Assembly (NCBI GenBank): GCA_963727485.1
Contig: CAVSGM010000011.1
Location: 320,001-384,000 of the forward strand
From: an uncultured delta proteobacterium
GTDB taxonomy: Bacteria; Myxococcota; Myxococcia; SLRQ01
DNA length: 64,000 nucleotides
Direction of reading: 5' to 3'
Both the position numbers and the translations under genes were made by a program. The notes beneath the pieces are model-generated. The model made no database searches and was not told the DNA's origin. It saw only the letters and a list, made by a program, of their open reading frames with translations. Below, piece by piece: positions 1 to 10,489 of the stretch; positions within the stretch are counted from its first letter, which is position 1, and each line of letters opens with the position of its first letter.

Positions 1-1280
1 TCGGTCGCCGGCGCCCGGCGCCCCACGTGGTGGTGATGACCGCCCGGGAGTCCATGGAGGTCGCGGTCCAGGCGATGAAGGCCGGGGCCCGGGACTTCGT
101 GGTCAAGCCCTTCGACCTCGACCGCCTCCTGGGCATCGCCCGGGAGCTCGCCCACCGACCGCGCACCGTCGCCGCCACCGGGACCGAGGCCGCCACCCCC
201 GAGGGCCTCGCCCGCCCCGGTCGCCTCATCGGCGCCAGCCCGGGGATGCTCGAGGTGTTCAAGGCCATCGGCCGCACCGCCCCCACCGACGTCACCGTCC
301 TGGTGGTCGGCGAGTCGGGGACCGGCAAGGAGCTGGTGGCCCGGGCCATCCACGACAACTCGCCCCGGGCCGGCCGGCCGTTCATCACCGTGAACTGCGC
401 CGCCATCCCCCGGGATCTCATGGAGAGCGAGCTCTTCGGCCACGAGCGGGGGAGCTTCACCGGCGCCCTCGAGCGCCGCCGGGGGAAGTTCGAGCTCGCC
501 GACGGGGGCACCCTCTTCCTCGACGAGGTCGGCGAGCTGCCGCGCCCGCTCCAGGCCAAGCTGTTGCGCGCCCTCCAGGAGCGGGTGGTGGAGCGGGTCG
601 GCGGAGCGCAGCCGGTCCCGGTGGACGTGCGCATCGTCGCGGCCACCCACCGGGACCTGTTGCGCATGGTCCGCGAGGGGGCCTTCCGCGAGGACCTCTA
701 CTACCGCCTCAACGTGGTGCCGCTCTCCCTGCCGCCGCTCCGGGAGCGCCCGGGGGACGTGCGGCGGCTGGCCTCGGCCTTCGTCCAGCGTTGGGGCGCC
801 GAGCTCACCGGCCACCCGGTGCGCCTCGCCGAGGGCGCCGCCAGCCTCCTCGAGGCCCACGCCTGGCCCGGGAACGTCCGGGAGCTGGAGAACGTGGTGA
901 AGCGGGCGCTGCTCTTCTCCCGGGGGGGCGAGCTCACCGCCGACGACCTGCGCCGGGCCATGGGGCCCACCCTGGAGCCCGCCTCCGCGCCGGCCACGGG
1001 GCCCGCGCCCGACCTGGCGTCGATGTCCCTCGAGGCCCTGGTGGAGACGCGCCTCGAGCGCTTCCTCGACGACGCCGGCGACCGGCCCCCGGAGGGGATC
1101 CACGATCTGGTGATGCATCGGGTGGAGCGGGTGCTCCTCAAGCTGGTCCTGGCGCGGTGCGGGGGAAACCAGCTCGAGGCGGCGCGGGTCCTGGGCATGA
1201 ACCGCAACACCCTGCGCAAGCGCATCCACGACCTGGACGTCCCCCTGCCGCCCCGGCGCCGGAACCGGAGGCGGCGGTGA
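1..1280 (+). CDS. Sigma54-dependent (NtrC-family) response regulator, 5'-truncated by the window edge
   Basis: Frame is open from the window start. End of receiver domain (AMKAGARDFVVKPF), Walker A GESGTGKE, ESELFGHERGSFTGA, LFLDEVGE, WPGNVRELEN, and a C-terminal Fis-type HTH (GGNQLEAARVLGMNRNTL). Confidence 0.93.
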   Translation, partial: GRRRPAPHVVVMTARESMEVAVQAMKAGARDFVVKPFDLDRLLGIARELAHRPRTVAATGTEAATPEGLARPGRLIGASPGMLEVFKAIGRTAPTDVTVLVVGESGTGKELVARAIHDNSPRAGRPFITVNCAAIPRDLMESELFGHERGSFTGALERRRGKFELADGGTLFLDEVGELPRPLQAKLLRALQERVVERVGGAQPVPVDVRIVAATHRDLLRMVREGAFREDLYYRLNVVPLSLPPLRERPGDVRRLASAFVQRWGAELTGHPVRLAEGAASLLEAHAWPGNVRELENVVKRALLFSRGGELTADDLRRAMGPTLEPASAPATGPAPDLASMSLEALVETRLERFLDDAGDRPPEGIHDLVMHRVERVLLKLVLARCGGNQLEAARVLGMNRNTLRKRIHDLDVPLPPRRRNRRRR

Positions 1281-2119
1281 ACGCCCTGGCCGAGCTCTCG
1301 CCCTTCGTGCGCCTGGCGATCTACGCCGGAGCGGTGCTGGTCTCCACCTTCCTGGCCGCCCTCTGGCCGGCGACCCGGACCCACGACGGGAAGGCCGCCG
1401 GGCACACGGCCCTCTCGGTCGCCGCCGGGGTGATGCTCGGGGCCGCCTTCTTCCACATGCTCCCCGAGGCCATCCGCGAGGCGGGGCCCCAGGTGAGCTA
1501 CGCGGTGGTGCTGGGCTTCGCCACCCTCTTCCTCCTCGAGCGGGTGGTCCTGGTCCACGCCTGCGAGATGCTCCCGGAGCCGTCGGCGGCCGACGCCGGG
1601 GTCCCGGAGACCGCCCACGTCCACGTCCACGATCCCGCCGGCGGTGACGACTGCGCCGAGCACCCCCAGACCCTGGGGCTCACCGCCTTCGTGGGCTTCT
1701 CGCTCCACACCCTCACCGACGGGGTGGCCCTCGGGAGCGCAGTGGCCGCCGCGGGGCTGGGGCCGGTGGTGCTCCTGGCCATCGTCCTCCACAAGATCCC
1801 CCTCTCGTTCTCGCTGGCCGGAGTGCTGCGCCACGAGGGGCGCTCCACCGGCCGGGTGCTGGCGATGGTGGGGGTGTTCGCGGCGATGGTGCCGGTGGGC
1901 GCCGGGCTCTTCCTCCTCGCCGCGAGGTGGCTCACCCACGCCGGCGCCGGGGCCATCACCCCCTACGCCCTGGCCTTCAGCGCCGGGACCTTCCTCCACG
2001 TCGCCTTCAGCGATCTCCTCCCGGAGATCCACCGGCGGCGCCGGGGGGCCCTGCCGGCGGCGGCGGTGGTCGCCGGGGGGCTCCTCCTGATGTACCTGCT
2101 CACCTTCCTGGAGCACTGA
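1277..2119 (+). CDS. ZIP family divalent metal (Zn/Fe) transporter
   Basis: GTG start overlaps the upstream stop (GTGA). Multiple TM helices, AAGVMLGAAFFHMLPEA, His-rich loop HVHVHD, LHTLTDGVALG, LHKIP, AGTFLHVAFSDLLPE. Confidence 0.88.
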   Translation: MNALAELSPFVRLAIYAGAVLVSTFLAALWPATRTHDGKAAGHTALSVAAGVMLGAAFFHMLPEAIREAGPQVSYAVVLGFATLFLLERVVLVHACEMLPEPSAADAGVPETAHVHVHDPAGGDDCAEHPQTLGLTAFVGFSLHTLTDGVALGSAVAAAGLGPVVLLAIVLHKIPLSFSLAGVLRHEGRSTGRVLAMVGVFAAMVPVGAGLFLLAARWLTHAGAGAITPYALAFSAGTFLHVAFSDLLPEIHRRRRGALPAAAVVAGGLLLMYLLTFLEH

Positions 2120-2173
2120 TCCCCGGGGTGACGGGACCGGCACGCGGGCCGGAATACCCCTCCCTCCGCCGTG

Positions 2174-2202
2174 TTGTTGGACCCCGGGTGGTCTGGTACC
2201 GT
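2174..2202 (+). promoter_or_regulatory. Putative sigma70-type promoter of the moxR/bat operon
   Basis: TTGTTG-N17-TACCGT with a TG extension, about 40 bp upstream of the moxR ATG. Confidence 0.35.
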
Positions 2203-2242
2203 GGCCCACCGCCCCGAAGTGCCGGAAATTGCGAGGGAGAGC

Positions 2243-3256
2243 ATGGAAGCGACCGCCGCTGCGAACCTGCGTCAGGACGTCAAGGCCATCAACGACCTGG
2301 TGCAGAACGAGAGCGCCTTCGTCGACCTGGTCTTCGGCGAGGTGACCAAGGTCATCATCGGCCAGCGTTACATGATGGAGCGGATCCTCATCGGGCTCCT
2401 CACCGGGGGGCACGTCCTCCTCGAGGGCGTCCCGGGGCTGGCCAAGACCCTCACCGTCAAGACCCTCTCGGACACCCTGGAGGCGACCTTCAAGCGCATC
2501 CAGTTCACCCCCGACCTGCTCCCCGCCGACCTTTTGGGCACGCTGGTCTACCACCAGCACACCGGGGAGTTCTCGGTGAAGAAGGGCCCGGTCTTCGCCA
2601 ACGTGATCCTCGCCGACGAGGTGAACCGCGCCCCGGCGAAGGTCCAGTCGGCCCTCCTCGAGGCGATGCAGGAGCGCCAGGTCACCATCTCCGACACCAC
2701 CTACCCCCTGCCGCGGCCCTTCATCGTCATGGCCACCCAGAACCCGGTGGAGCAGGAGGGCACCTACCCGCTCCCCGAGGCGCAGGTCGACCGCTTCATG
2801 CTCATGGTGAAGGTCGACTACCCGACCCGCGAGGAGGAGCGCCAGATCATGGACCGGATGGCCACCGGCACCGTCGAGGCGGTGAACAAGGTGGTCGGCC
2901 CCGACGACATCGGCCGGGCCCGGGACGTGGTCAAGCAGATCTACATGGACGAGAAGCTCAAGGAGTACATCGTCGACCTCGTCCAGGCGACCCGCGAGCC
3001 CGAGCGCTACGGCCTCGCCGAGCTCAAGGGCTACATCCAGTACGGCGCCTCACCGCGCGCCACCATCTACCTCAACCTCGCCGCCCGGGCCCACGCCTTC
3101 CTCCGCCACCGGGGCTTCGTGACCCCGGAGGACGTGAAGGCCGTGGGCCTCGACGTCCTGCGCCACCGCGTCATCCTCACCTACGAGGCCGAGGCCGACG
3201 AGTACACCAGCGAGAAGGTGGTGCAGCGGATCTTCGACGCGGTGGAGGTGCCGTAG
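2243..3256 (+). CDS. moxR: MoxR family AAA+ ATPase
   Basis: ATG after GAGGGAGAG RBS. HVLLEGVPGLAKT, RIQFTPDLLPAD, LADEVNRAPAKVQSALLEAMQE, ATQNPVEQEGTYPLPEAQVDRF, GASPRA. Confidence 0.96.
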   Translation: MEATAAANLRQDVKAINDLVQNESAFVDLVFGEVTKVIIGQRYMMERILIGLLTGGHVLLEGVPGLAKTLTVKTLSDTLEATFKRIQFTPDLLPADLLGTLVYHQHTGEFSVKKGPVFANVILADEVNRAPAKVQSALLEAMQERQVTISDTTYPLPRPFIVMATQNPVEQEGTYPLPEAQVDRFMLMVKVDYPTREEERQIMDRMATGTVEAVNKVVGPDDIGRARDVVKQIYMDEKLKEYIVDLVQATREPERYGLAELKGYIQYGASPRATIYLNLAARAHAFLRHRGFVTPEDVKAVGLDVLRHRVILTYEAEADEYTSEKVVQRIFDAVEVP

Positions 3257-3270
3257 CCGGAGCCCCTCCG

Positions 3271-3639
3271 ATGGCCCCTCCCTCGACGCCGAGCCCGCCG
3301 TCCAGCGCGACCCCCCTGGGAGTGGGCGCGGGCATCCTGGTCATCCACCTCGCCGCCAGCGGCTTCTGCCTCTTCTTCGGTCTGAAGGCGGCGGCGGCGG
3401 CGCCGGGGACCGTGTCCCTCACCGCGGTGGGGCTCGCCCATGACGCCGCCCGGATCCTGGCGATGCCGCTGGCCGCCGCCATCGGGCTCGGGGGCATCGC
3501 CGCCGGGCCCGAGCTGGCGGTGTGGGGGCGGCTCGGCCTCAACTCGGCGGTGTGGGCCCTCGGGGCCGGGCTCCTCGCCTGGGCCTGGCAGCGCCGCCCG
3601 GGCCACCCCCTGGGTCACCAGGTGGCGGGGCGACCCTGA
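3271..3639 (+). CDS. Small hypothetical membrane protein
   Basis: 122-aa ORF with 2-3 hydrophobic segments that fills the moxR-DUF58 gap. Its TGA overlaps the DUF58 ATG (TGATG). Confidence 0.55.
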   Translation: MAPPSTPSPPSSATPLGVGAGILVIHLAASGFCLFFGLKAAAAAPGTVSLTAVGLAHDAARILAMPLAAAIGLGGIAAGPELAVWGRLGLNSAVWALGAGLLAWAWQRRPGHPLGHQVAGRP

Positions 3640-4520
3640 TGCTCCCCAAGGACCTGGTCAGGCGCATCCGGCGCATCGAGATCTCCACCCGGCGGGCGGT
3701 GAACAACGCCCTGGCGGGCCAGTACCACTCGGTGTTCAAGGGCCGGGGCATGGCCTTCTCCGAGGTCCGCCAGTACCAGCCCGGCGACGAGATCCGCACC
3801 ATCGACTGGAACGTCACCGCGCGCCTCTCCGAGCCCTACGTGAAGGTGTTCACCGAGGAGCGCGAGCTGACGGTCATGCTCCTGGTCGACCTCTCGGCGA
3901 GCGGCGACTTCGGCACCGTGGAGCGCTCCAAGGCCGAGGTGGCCGCGGAGATCGCGGCGCTCCTGGCGTTCTCGGCGATCAAGAACAACGACCGGGTGGG
4001 GCTGCTGCTCTTCACCGACCACGTGGAGAAGTTCATCCCCCCCAAGAAGGGACGGACCCACGTGCTCCGGGTGATCAGCGAGATCCTCGGCTTCAAGCCC
4101 ACCGGCAGGGGCACCCGCATCGCCGAGGCCCTCTCCTACTACCAGCGGCTGATGCGCCGGAGCGCCGTGACCTTCCTGGTCTCCGACTTCCTCGACACCG
4201 GGTGGGAGAAGCAGCTCAAGCTCGCCGCCCGGCGACACGACCTCATCCCCGTGGTCCTCGACGATCCCTGGGAGCGCCAGCTGCCGGCCATGGGCCTGGT
4301 GGTGGGCGAGGACGCCGAGACCGGCGAGGCGGTGTTCCTCGACACCGGGAGCCCCCGGGTGCGCCAGGCCTTCGCCGCCCGGGCCCAGGCGCGCCGGGCG
4401 TCGCTGGTGCGCCTCTTCCGCCGGCTCTCGCTGCAGCACGTGGCGGTGCGCACCGACGAGGACTACGTGGCGCCGCTGGTGGCCTTCTTCCGGGCCCGGA
4501 CCCGGAGGCGCGCCGCATGA
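3639..4520 (+). CDS. DUF58 domain (VWA-like) protein of MoxR operons
   Basis: GQYHSVFKGRGMAFSEVRQYQPGDEIRTIDWNVTAR, VKVFTEERELTVMLLVDLSAS, SDFLD. Confidence 0.95.
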   Translation: MLPKDLVRRIRRIEISTRRAVNNALAGQYHSVFKGRGMAFSEVRQYQPGDEIRTIDWNVTARLSEPYVKVFTEERELTVMLLVDLSASGDFGTVERSKAEVAAEIAALLAFSAIKNNDRVGLLLFTDHVEKFIPPKKGRTHVLRVISEILGFKPTGRGTRIAEALSYYQRLMRRSAVTFLVSDFLDTGWEKQLKLAARRHDLIPVVLDDPWERQLPAMGLVVGEDAETGEAVFLDTGSPRVRQAFAARAQARRASLVRLFRRLSLQHVAVRTDEDYVAPLVAFFRARTRRRAA

Positions 4521-5461
4521 GCCAGCCGACCGGCAGCACGCCCGCCTACACGCCGCCCCACCTCGAGGCGACGCTCCTCCAGAAGCAGGCCCACGTCGGC
4601 GACCAGGTCACCTACCGGATCTCGGTCACCCACCCCGACGACGTCTCGGTGAAGCTCCCGGCGAAGCCGGACCTGAAGCCCTACAGCCTCAACGGCGTCG
4701 ACCACCAGGTCCACCAGAGTCGCAAGCACCCCAAGACCGTCACCGACGTCTGGTCCCTGCGCCTCGGGGTCTACGACCTCTCGGCGAAGCCGGTGCCGTC
4801 CCTCACCCTCGACGTGGTGACCCCCGACGGCCCGGCGCACCTCACCCTGCCCACCCAGGCGCTCAAGCTCGAGTCCCTGATGCCGGCCCAGGGCAAGCCC
4901 ACCCCCCAGGAGCTGGCGCCGCCGGAGAAGGTCTGGGTCCCCGACTACACCCTGGTGGAGGTCGCCTCGGTGGCCCTCGTCGCCACGGTGCTGGCGCTCC
5001 TCCTCTGGCGCTTCTGGCGCCGGCGACGGGGCCGCCCGGGGAAGGCCGCGCCCCCGCCGCCGCCCCAGCCCCCGGAGGTCCGGGCCCGGGAGGCCCTCGA
5101 GGCCCTGCGCGCCCGGAACCTGGTGGCCCAGGGGCGGTACAAGGCCTTCTTCTTCGGGGTCTCGGAGATCGTCCGCGGCTACCTCGGCGAGCGCTTCGGC
5201 TTCGACGCCCTGGAGTGCACCACCACCGAGCTCATCGCCCGCCTCCGGGACCGGCCCACCCCGGGCCTCGACCTCGCCCGCTTCGAGGCCTGGACCGCCA
5301 CCGCCGACCTGGTGAAGTTCGCCGACCACCGCCCCGACGACCCCGAGTGCCAGGCCGCCCTCACCGGGGCCTTCGAGATCGTCGACCGCACCACCGCCGC
5401 CCACGAGGCCGCCCGGGCCGCCGCCGACGCCCGGGCCGGGGCCGGCCCCGCCGCCGCCTGA
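4517..5461 (+). CDS. Bat operon-associated membrane protein (beta-rich N-terminal domain, one TM helix, helical C-terminal domain)
   Basis: ATGA overlap with DUF58. VGDQVTYRISV, TM helix followed by RRRRG, and ISEIVRGYLGERFGFDALECTTTEL...ADLVKFA, typical of the gene preceding batA. Confidence 0.8.
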   Translation: MSQPTGSTPAYTPPHLEATLLQKQAHVGDQVTYRISVTHPDDVSVKLPAKPDLKPYSLNGVDHQVHQSRKHPKTVTDVWSLRLGVYDLSAKPVPSLTLDVVTPDGPAHLTLPTQALKLESLMPAQGKPTPQELAPPEKVWVPDYTLVEVASVALVATVLALLLWRFWRRRRGRPGKAAPPPPPQPPEVRAREALEALRARNLVAQGRYKAFFFGVSEIVRGYLGERFGFDALECTTTELIARLRDRPTPGLDLARFEAWTATADLVKFADHRPDDPECQAALTGAFEIVDRTTAAHEAARAAADARAGAGPAAA

Positions 5462-5464
5462 ACC

Positions 5465-6472
5465 ATGCTCTCGACCTTCCAGTTCGCCCGGCCCTGGGCC
5501 CTCGTGCTCCTGGCGGTGGTGCCGCTGGTCATCTGGCTGCTGGGCCGGATGCGGCGGCGGGCGCGCCTGCGCCTCCCCAGCCGGATCCAGCTCGAGGGGG
5601 TGGCGAGGACCCTGGCGGTGCGCCTGCGCTGGCTCCCCGACGGGCTGTTGGTCCTGGCCATCGCCCTGGCGGCCCTGGGCCTCGCCCGCCCGGAGGTGAG
5701 GGACACCACCGCCAAGAGCCTCTCGGTGGAGGGCATCGACATCGTCATCGCCCTCGACCTCTCCACCTCCATGCGCGCCGCCGACTTCCGGCCCCAGAAC
5801 CGCCTCCACGTGGCCAAGCAGACCATCGCCGACTTCATCAACAAGCGCGACGACGACCGCATCGGCCTGGTGGTCTTCGCCGGCCAGGCCTACACCCAGG
5901 CGCCGCTCACCCTCGACCACGGGGTGCTCCTCGACATCCTCAAGTCCCTGCGCACCGGGGTGATCCAGGACGGCACCGCCATCGGCAACGCCCTGGCCAC
6001 CTCCCTCAACCGCCTCAAGGACAGCACCGCCAAGAGCAAGGTGGTCATCCTGGTCACCGACGGCGACAACAACGCCGGCAACATCTCCCCCATGGAGGCC
6101 GCCGGCATCGCCAAGCAGCTGGGGGTGAAGGTGTTCACGGTGATGGTGGGCAAGGGCGGCGAGGTCCCCTACCCGGCGGGGCACGACCTCTGGGGCCGGC
6201 CCACCTACCGCAAGGTGAAGATCCCGGTGAACGCGGACCTCCTCAAGCAGATCGCCAAGACCACCGGCGGCCACTTCTACGTGGCCACCGATCGCCGGTC
6301 GCTCGAGGAGAACTTCCAGAAGATCCTCGACGAGCTCACCAAGACCCGGCTGATGGAGGGCGGGGTCTACGTCAACTACACCGAGGTCTTCCCCCTCGCG
6401 GTCCTCCCGGCGATCCTGCTGGGGCTCCTGGGCCTGCTCCTCCAGGCCACCCGCCTCAAGCCCTTCCCCTGA
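5465..6472 (+). CDS. batA: VWA domain protein BatA
   Basis: N-terminal FARPWAL double TM, GIDIVIALDLSTSM (MIDAS), DRIGLVVFAG, GTAIGNAL, ILVTDG, C-terminal TM. Confidence 0.9.
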   Translation: MLSTFQFARPWALVLLAVVPLVIWLLGRMRRRARLRLPSRIQLEGVARTLAVRLRWLPDGLLVLAIALAALGLARPEVRDTTAKSLSVEGIDIVIALDLSTSMRAADFRPQNRLHVAKQTIADFINKRDDDRIGLVVFAGQAYTQAPLTLDHGVLLDILKSLRTGVIQDGTAIGNALATSLNRLKDSTAKSKVVILVTDGDNNAGNISPMEAAGIAKQLGVKVFTVMVGKGGEVPYPAGHDLWGRPTYRKVKIPVNADLLKQIAKTTGGHFYVATDRRSLEENFQKILDELTKTRLMEGGVYVNYTEVFPLAVLPAILLGLLGLLLQATRLKPFP

Positions 6473-6478
6473 TCCGCC

Positions 6479-8600
6479 ATGTGGCAGCTCACCCTCCTCG
6501 GCTACAAGATCCGCCTGGTCCACCCGGAGTACTTCCTCCTGGTGGCCGCGGTCGCCGCCGCCGCGGCGCTGCTCCTCCTCGCCTGGGTGCGGCGGATGCG
6601 GCGGGTGCGGCAGGTGGTGCCGGGACGGCTCCAGGGCCGGGTGATCCCCGGGTGGTCCCCGGCGCGGGAGGGGACGCGCCTGTCCACCATCCTCCTCGGG
6701 CTCCTGCTGCTCTCCCTGGCCCTGGTCCAGCCCCAGTGCGGGACCGGCACCGAGCTGGCCAAGAAGGTGGGCATCGACGTGGTGGTCGCCCTCGACGTGA
6801 GCCACTCCATGGAGGCCCGGGACGTGAAGCCCTCGCGGCTTGGCCCGGGCGCGGCTCGAGCTCTCCGACCTCATCGACCACCTGCGCGGCGACCGCTTCG
6901 GCCTGGTGGTCTTCGCGGGGACCGCCTTCGTCCAGTGCCCCCTGACCACCGACTACGCCGCCGCCAAGCTCTTCCTCAAGGCGGTGGACCCGGGGGCGAT
7001 GCCGGTCCAGGGCACCGACATCGGCACCGCCCTCGACGAGGCCCGCCAGCTCCTCCACTCCCGGCGGGGCACCCGGGCCCAGGTGGTGGTGCTCCTCACC
7101 GACGGCGAGGACCACGGCCCCGACACCCTCTCCATCGCCCACGCGCTCCACGACGAGGGGATCCGCGTCTACACCGTGGGCATCGGCTCCACCAGCGGTG
7201 AGCCCATCCCCATCCTCGACCACGAGGGGCAGGTCGTCGGCTACAAGAAGGACGAGGCGGGCAACACCGTCCTCTCCCACCTCGACCCCAAGGTGCTCAA
7301 GCAGCTCGCCGAGATCACCGGCGGCCGTTACCTCCACGCCACCGACGGCAGCATCGGCATGTCCAAGGTCATCCACGACCTCGATCACCTCCAGAAGGCC
7401 GAGTTCGCGTCCCGGATGACGACGCGGTTCGAGGACCGCAGCGTGTTCCTGCTCCTCCCGGGCTTCCTCCTCCTGCTCTTCGGGACCGTGCTGCGCCCCA
7501 GCCGCCGGCGGCCGCCGCCCGGGGACGACGGGCGGGGGCAGGGTGGCGGCGGTGGCGGGAAGGGTGCCGGGGACGGCGGTGCACCGGGAAGCGGCGGCGG
7601 CACCCGCCGGAAGGCGGCGGGGGCGGGGCAGGCGGCGGCGATGGTGCTCCTGCTGCTGGTCCCGGCCCTGGCCGGCTGGCGTCCCTTCGCCTCCCAGCAC
7701 CCGGGGGTGAAGGCCGGAAACGACGCCTACGCCGCCGGCCGCTACGGTGACGCCCTCAAGGCCTACGACCGGGTGCTCAAGCAGGAGAAGCACCCGGGCG
7801 ACCGGGCGCGGATCCAGTTCAACCGGGGCACGGCGCTGGCGGCCCAGGGCAAGGTGAAGGACGCGCGCAAGGCCTTCGACGCGGCCCTCGACGGGGCCGA
7901 CGACTCCCTCAAGGCCCGGGACTTCTACAACCTGGGCACCGCGCTCCTGCGCACCCACGATCCCAAGCACGCCGCCGACGCCTTCATCCGCTCCCTCAAG
8001 CTCGACCCCAAGGACGCCGCCGCCAAGTACAACCTCGAGCTCGCCCTCCGGCAGCTCGCGCAGAAGCAGAAGCCGCCGCCGAAGCAGGGCAACAAGCAGG
8101 ACCAGAAGCAGCAGCAGCAGAAGAAGCAGCAGAACCAGGACCAGCAGGGCGGCCAGAAGCAGAAGCGGGACCAGCAGCAGGCGAAGAACAAGCAGGCCGG
8201 CCAGCAGGGCCAGGATCAGCAGGGTCAGCAGGGGCAGAAGCAGAAGCAGGAGGCGGGCCGCCAGGGCGACCAGAAGCAGCAGCAGCAAGGCGGCCAGAAG
8301 CAGGAGAAGCAGGGCGGCCAGAAGCAGCAGGCGAAGGCCGGCCAGAAGGACCAGCAGGGCCAGCAGGCCGACGCCGGCAAGCAGCCCGGACACCCGCAGC
8401 AGGGCGAGGCGGGCCCGGGCCAGAAGGGCAAGGACCAGAAGGGCCAGGGCGTCGCCGCCGCCCGCCCGGCGAAGGTGGGCCGCCAGGACGGCAAGCGCAT
8501 CCTCAACGCCCTCCGCCAGGGGGAGAAGCCCCTGCAGATGCAGCTCTTCCAGCTCAAGAACAAGGCGCACCAGGCGCCTCCCGGAGGCAAGGACTGGTGA
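6479..8600 (+). CDS. batB: BatB (VWA) fused to a BatC-like TPR domain with Gln/Lys-rich tail; one apparent +1 frameshift near 6840
   Basis: GIDVVVALDVSHSMEARDVKPSRL continues in the next frame as ARARLEL...DRFGLVVFAG...LLTDGED. Then TM, Gly-rich linker, TPRs (FNRGTAL, YNLGTAL, AKYNLELA), Q/K-rich region and the terminal KDW. Confidence 0.85.
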
Positions 8601-10489
8601 GCGCCCGCATCCTCGCCGCCGCCCTCGTGGCGGCCCTCCTCGCGGTCCCCACCGCCCCCGCCCGGGCCGACGACGTCCAGGTCAACGCCACGGTCGATCG
8701 CAACCGCATCGAGGTGGGCCAGACCATCCGCCTCGACGTGACGGTGACCGTCCCCGACGCGAGCGCCATCGAGGGCCTCCAGCTCCCCCGGCACCCGGGC
8801 TTCGCCGAGGTGGGCCGCTCCCAGTCCACCCAGATGAGCTTCAGCTTCGGCAGCGGCGGCCAGTCGATGCAGCGGACGGTGACCCACACCGTGATGCTCC
8901 GGGCCCTCAAGACCGGGGTGCTCACCCTGGCGCCGGCGCAGCTGCGCTACCGGGGCAGGACCTACGCCACCCGGTCCATCACCGTCACCGTCCTCCACGC
9001 CGGGGCCCTCGGCGGGAGGCAGGCGCCGCACCGGCGCCAGAACCCCTTCGGCGGTGCCGGCCAGAACCCCTTCGACCCCTTCGGGATGCTCGGTGGCGGC
9101 CAGCCCCAGCACGCGCCGGTGGGGGACGACGACGTCTTCGTCCGCGCCGACGTCGACCGGAGCACCGCCTGGCTCGGCCAGCAGGTGACCCTGCGCATCG
9201 AGGTCTACTCGCGGATCGACGTCACCGACTTCCCCGGGTTCAAGATGCCCAAGCTCGACGGCTTCTGGACCGAGGATCTCGACAGCCCCACGCGCATCAC
9301 CCCCACCACCCGGGTCATCGACGGTGTCCCCTACCGCGTCTACCTCCTCCGGCGGCAGGCGATCTTCCCCCTGAAGTCGGGGAAGGTTCAGATCGACCCG
9401 GTGGAGGTGCAGATCGCCACCGGCTTCGGTCTGTTCTCCAGCGGCCGCACCGTCACCCGCCACAGCAAGGCGGTGACCATCGAGGTCAAGCCCCTGCCCG
9501 CCGCCGGCCAGCCCCCGGGCTTCCAGAGCACCAACATCGGGAGCTGGCGTCTCGCGTCCAAGGTCGACACCCACCAGGTGACCCTGGGACAGCCGGTGAC
9601 CCTGGACCTCACCGCGACCGGCCAGGGGAACCTCGACGCCCTGCAGCTGCCCGGCCTCGCGGCGATCCCGGGGGTGAAGGCCTATGACCCCACCCGGACC
9701 CAGGACAAGCGGGTGCAAGCCGCCCACTTCGGGGGGAGCAAGAAGGTCGAGTGGGTCCTGGTGCCCACGCGCACCGGCGACTTCGAGATCCCGGCCTTCC
9801 ATCTCGCCTACTTCAATCCCGAGACCGGTGGCTACGAGACCGCGACCACCGAGCCCATCCGCTTCTCGGTGACCACCGCCCCCGGGACCGGCGCGACCGC
9901 CGGCGCGGCTCCGGGGGTCGCCCCGGCGGCCGGCCCCTCGAACGTCCTCGACGGGGGCGGGCTCCGGGAGATCCGCTACGCCGCCTCGCTCCACCGGGTG
10001 CGTCCGCCCCTCTACCGGACCCGGCTCTTCCTCGCCCTGGTGGCCCTGCCGGTCGTCCTGCTCCTCGCCGTGGTCGGCGGCGGCCGCCTCCGCCACGCCC
10101 TCGCCGCCTCGGCCAGCCGGAACCTCGGGCGCCGGGCGCCGGGGGTGGCCCGGGCCCGCCTCAAGGAGGCGCGCCGGCTCCGGGCCAAGGGCGATCTCGC
10201 CGCGAGCTTCGTCTCGGTGGAGAAGGCGCTCCTCGACTACCTGGCCACCCGCCTCGGCGTCACCGCCCGGGGGATGAGCCGGGACGCCCTCGGCCGGGAG
10301 CTGCGTCAGAGGGGCTTCGCGCCCCTGCGGGTGGAGCGCCTCTGCCGGGTCCTCGAGGACTGCGAGTCGGCGCGCTACAGCCCGGTCCCGCCCACCGACG
10401 CCGAGGTGGAGAAGCTCCTCGACCGGGCGGCGCGGGTGCTGGCGGATCTCGACGCGGGGCCCGGGGCCCCGAAGGGGAGGGCGGCATGA
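8597..10489 (+). CDS. batD: BatD family protein
   Basis: Signal peptide, repeated beta-sandwich domains (ATVDRNRIEVGQT; ADVDRSTAWLGQQVTL; YFNPETGGY), C-terminal TM and helical domain. Position in the bat operon agrees. Confidence 0.87.
   Translation: MSARILAAALVAALLAVPTAPARADDVQVNATVDRNRIEVGQTIRLDVTVTVPDASAIEGLQLPRHPGFAEVGRSQSTQMSFSFGSGGQSMQRTVTHTVMLRALKTGVLTLAPAQLRYRGRTYATRSITVTVLHAGALGGRQAPHRRQNPFGGAGQNPFDPFGMLGGGQPQHAPVGDDDVFVRADVDRSTAWLGQQVTLRIEVYSRIDVTDFPGFKMPKLDGFWTEDLDSPTRITPTTRVIDGVPYRVYLLRRQAIFPLKSGKVQIDPVEVQIATGFGLFSSGRTVTRHSKAVTIEVKPLPAAGQPPGFQSTNIGSWRLASKVDTHQVTLGQPVTLDLTATGQGNLDALQLPGLAAIPGVKAYDPTRTQDKRVQAAHFGGSKKVEWVLVPTRTGDFEIPAFHLAYFNPETGGYETATTEPIRFSVTTAPGTGATAGAAPGVAPAAGPSNVLDGGGLREIRYAASLHRVRPPLYRTRLFLALVALPVVLLLAVVGGGRLRHALAASASRNLGRRAPGVARARLKEARRLRAKGDLAASFVSVEKALLDYLATRLGVTARGMSRDALGRELRQRGFAPLRVERLCRVLEDCESARYSPVPPTDAEVEKLLDRAARVLADLDAGPGAPKGRAA

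Noticed and set aside
8060..8450. CAG/AAG-rich repetitive stretch as a possible repeat array
   Set aside because: It is the in-frame Gln/Lys-rich low-complexity tail typical of BatC-like proteins, with no repeat-spacer structure.
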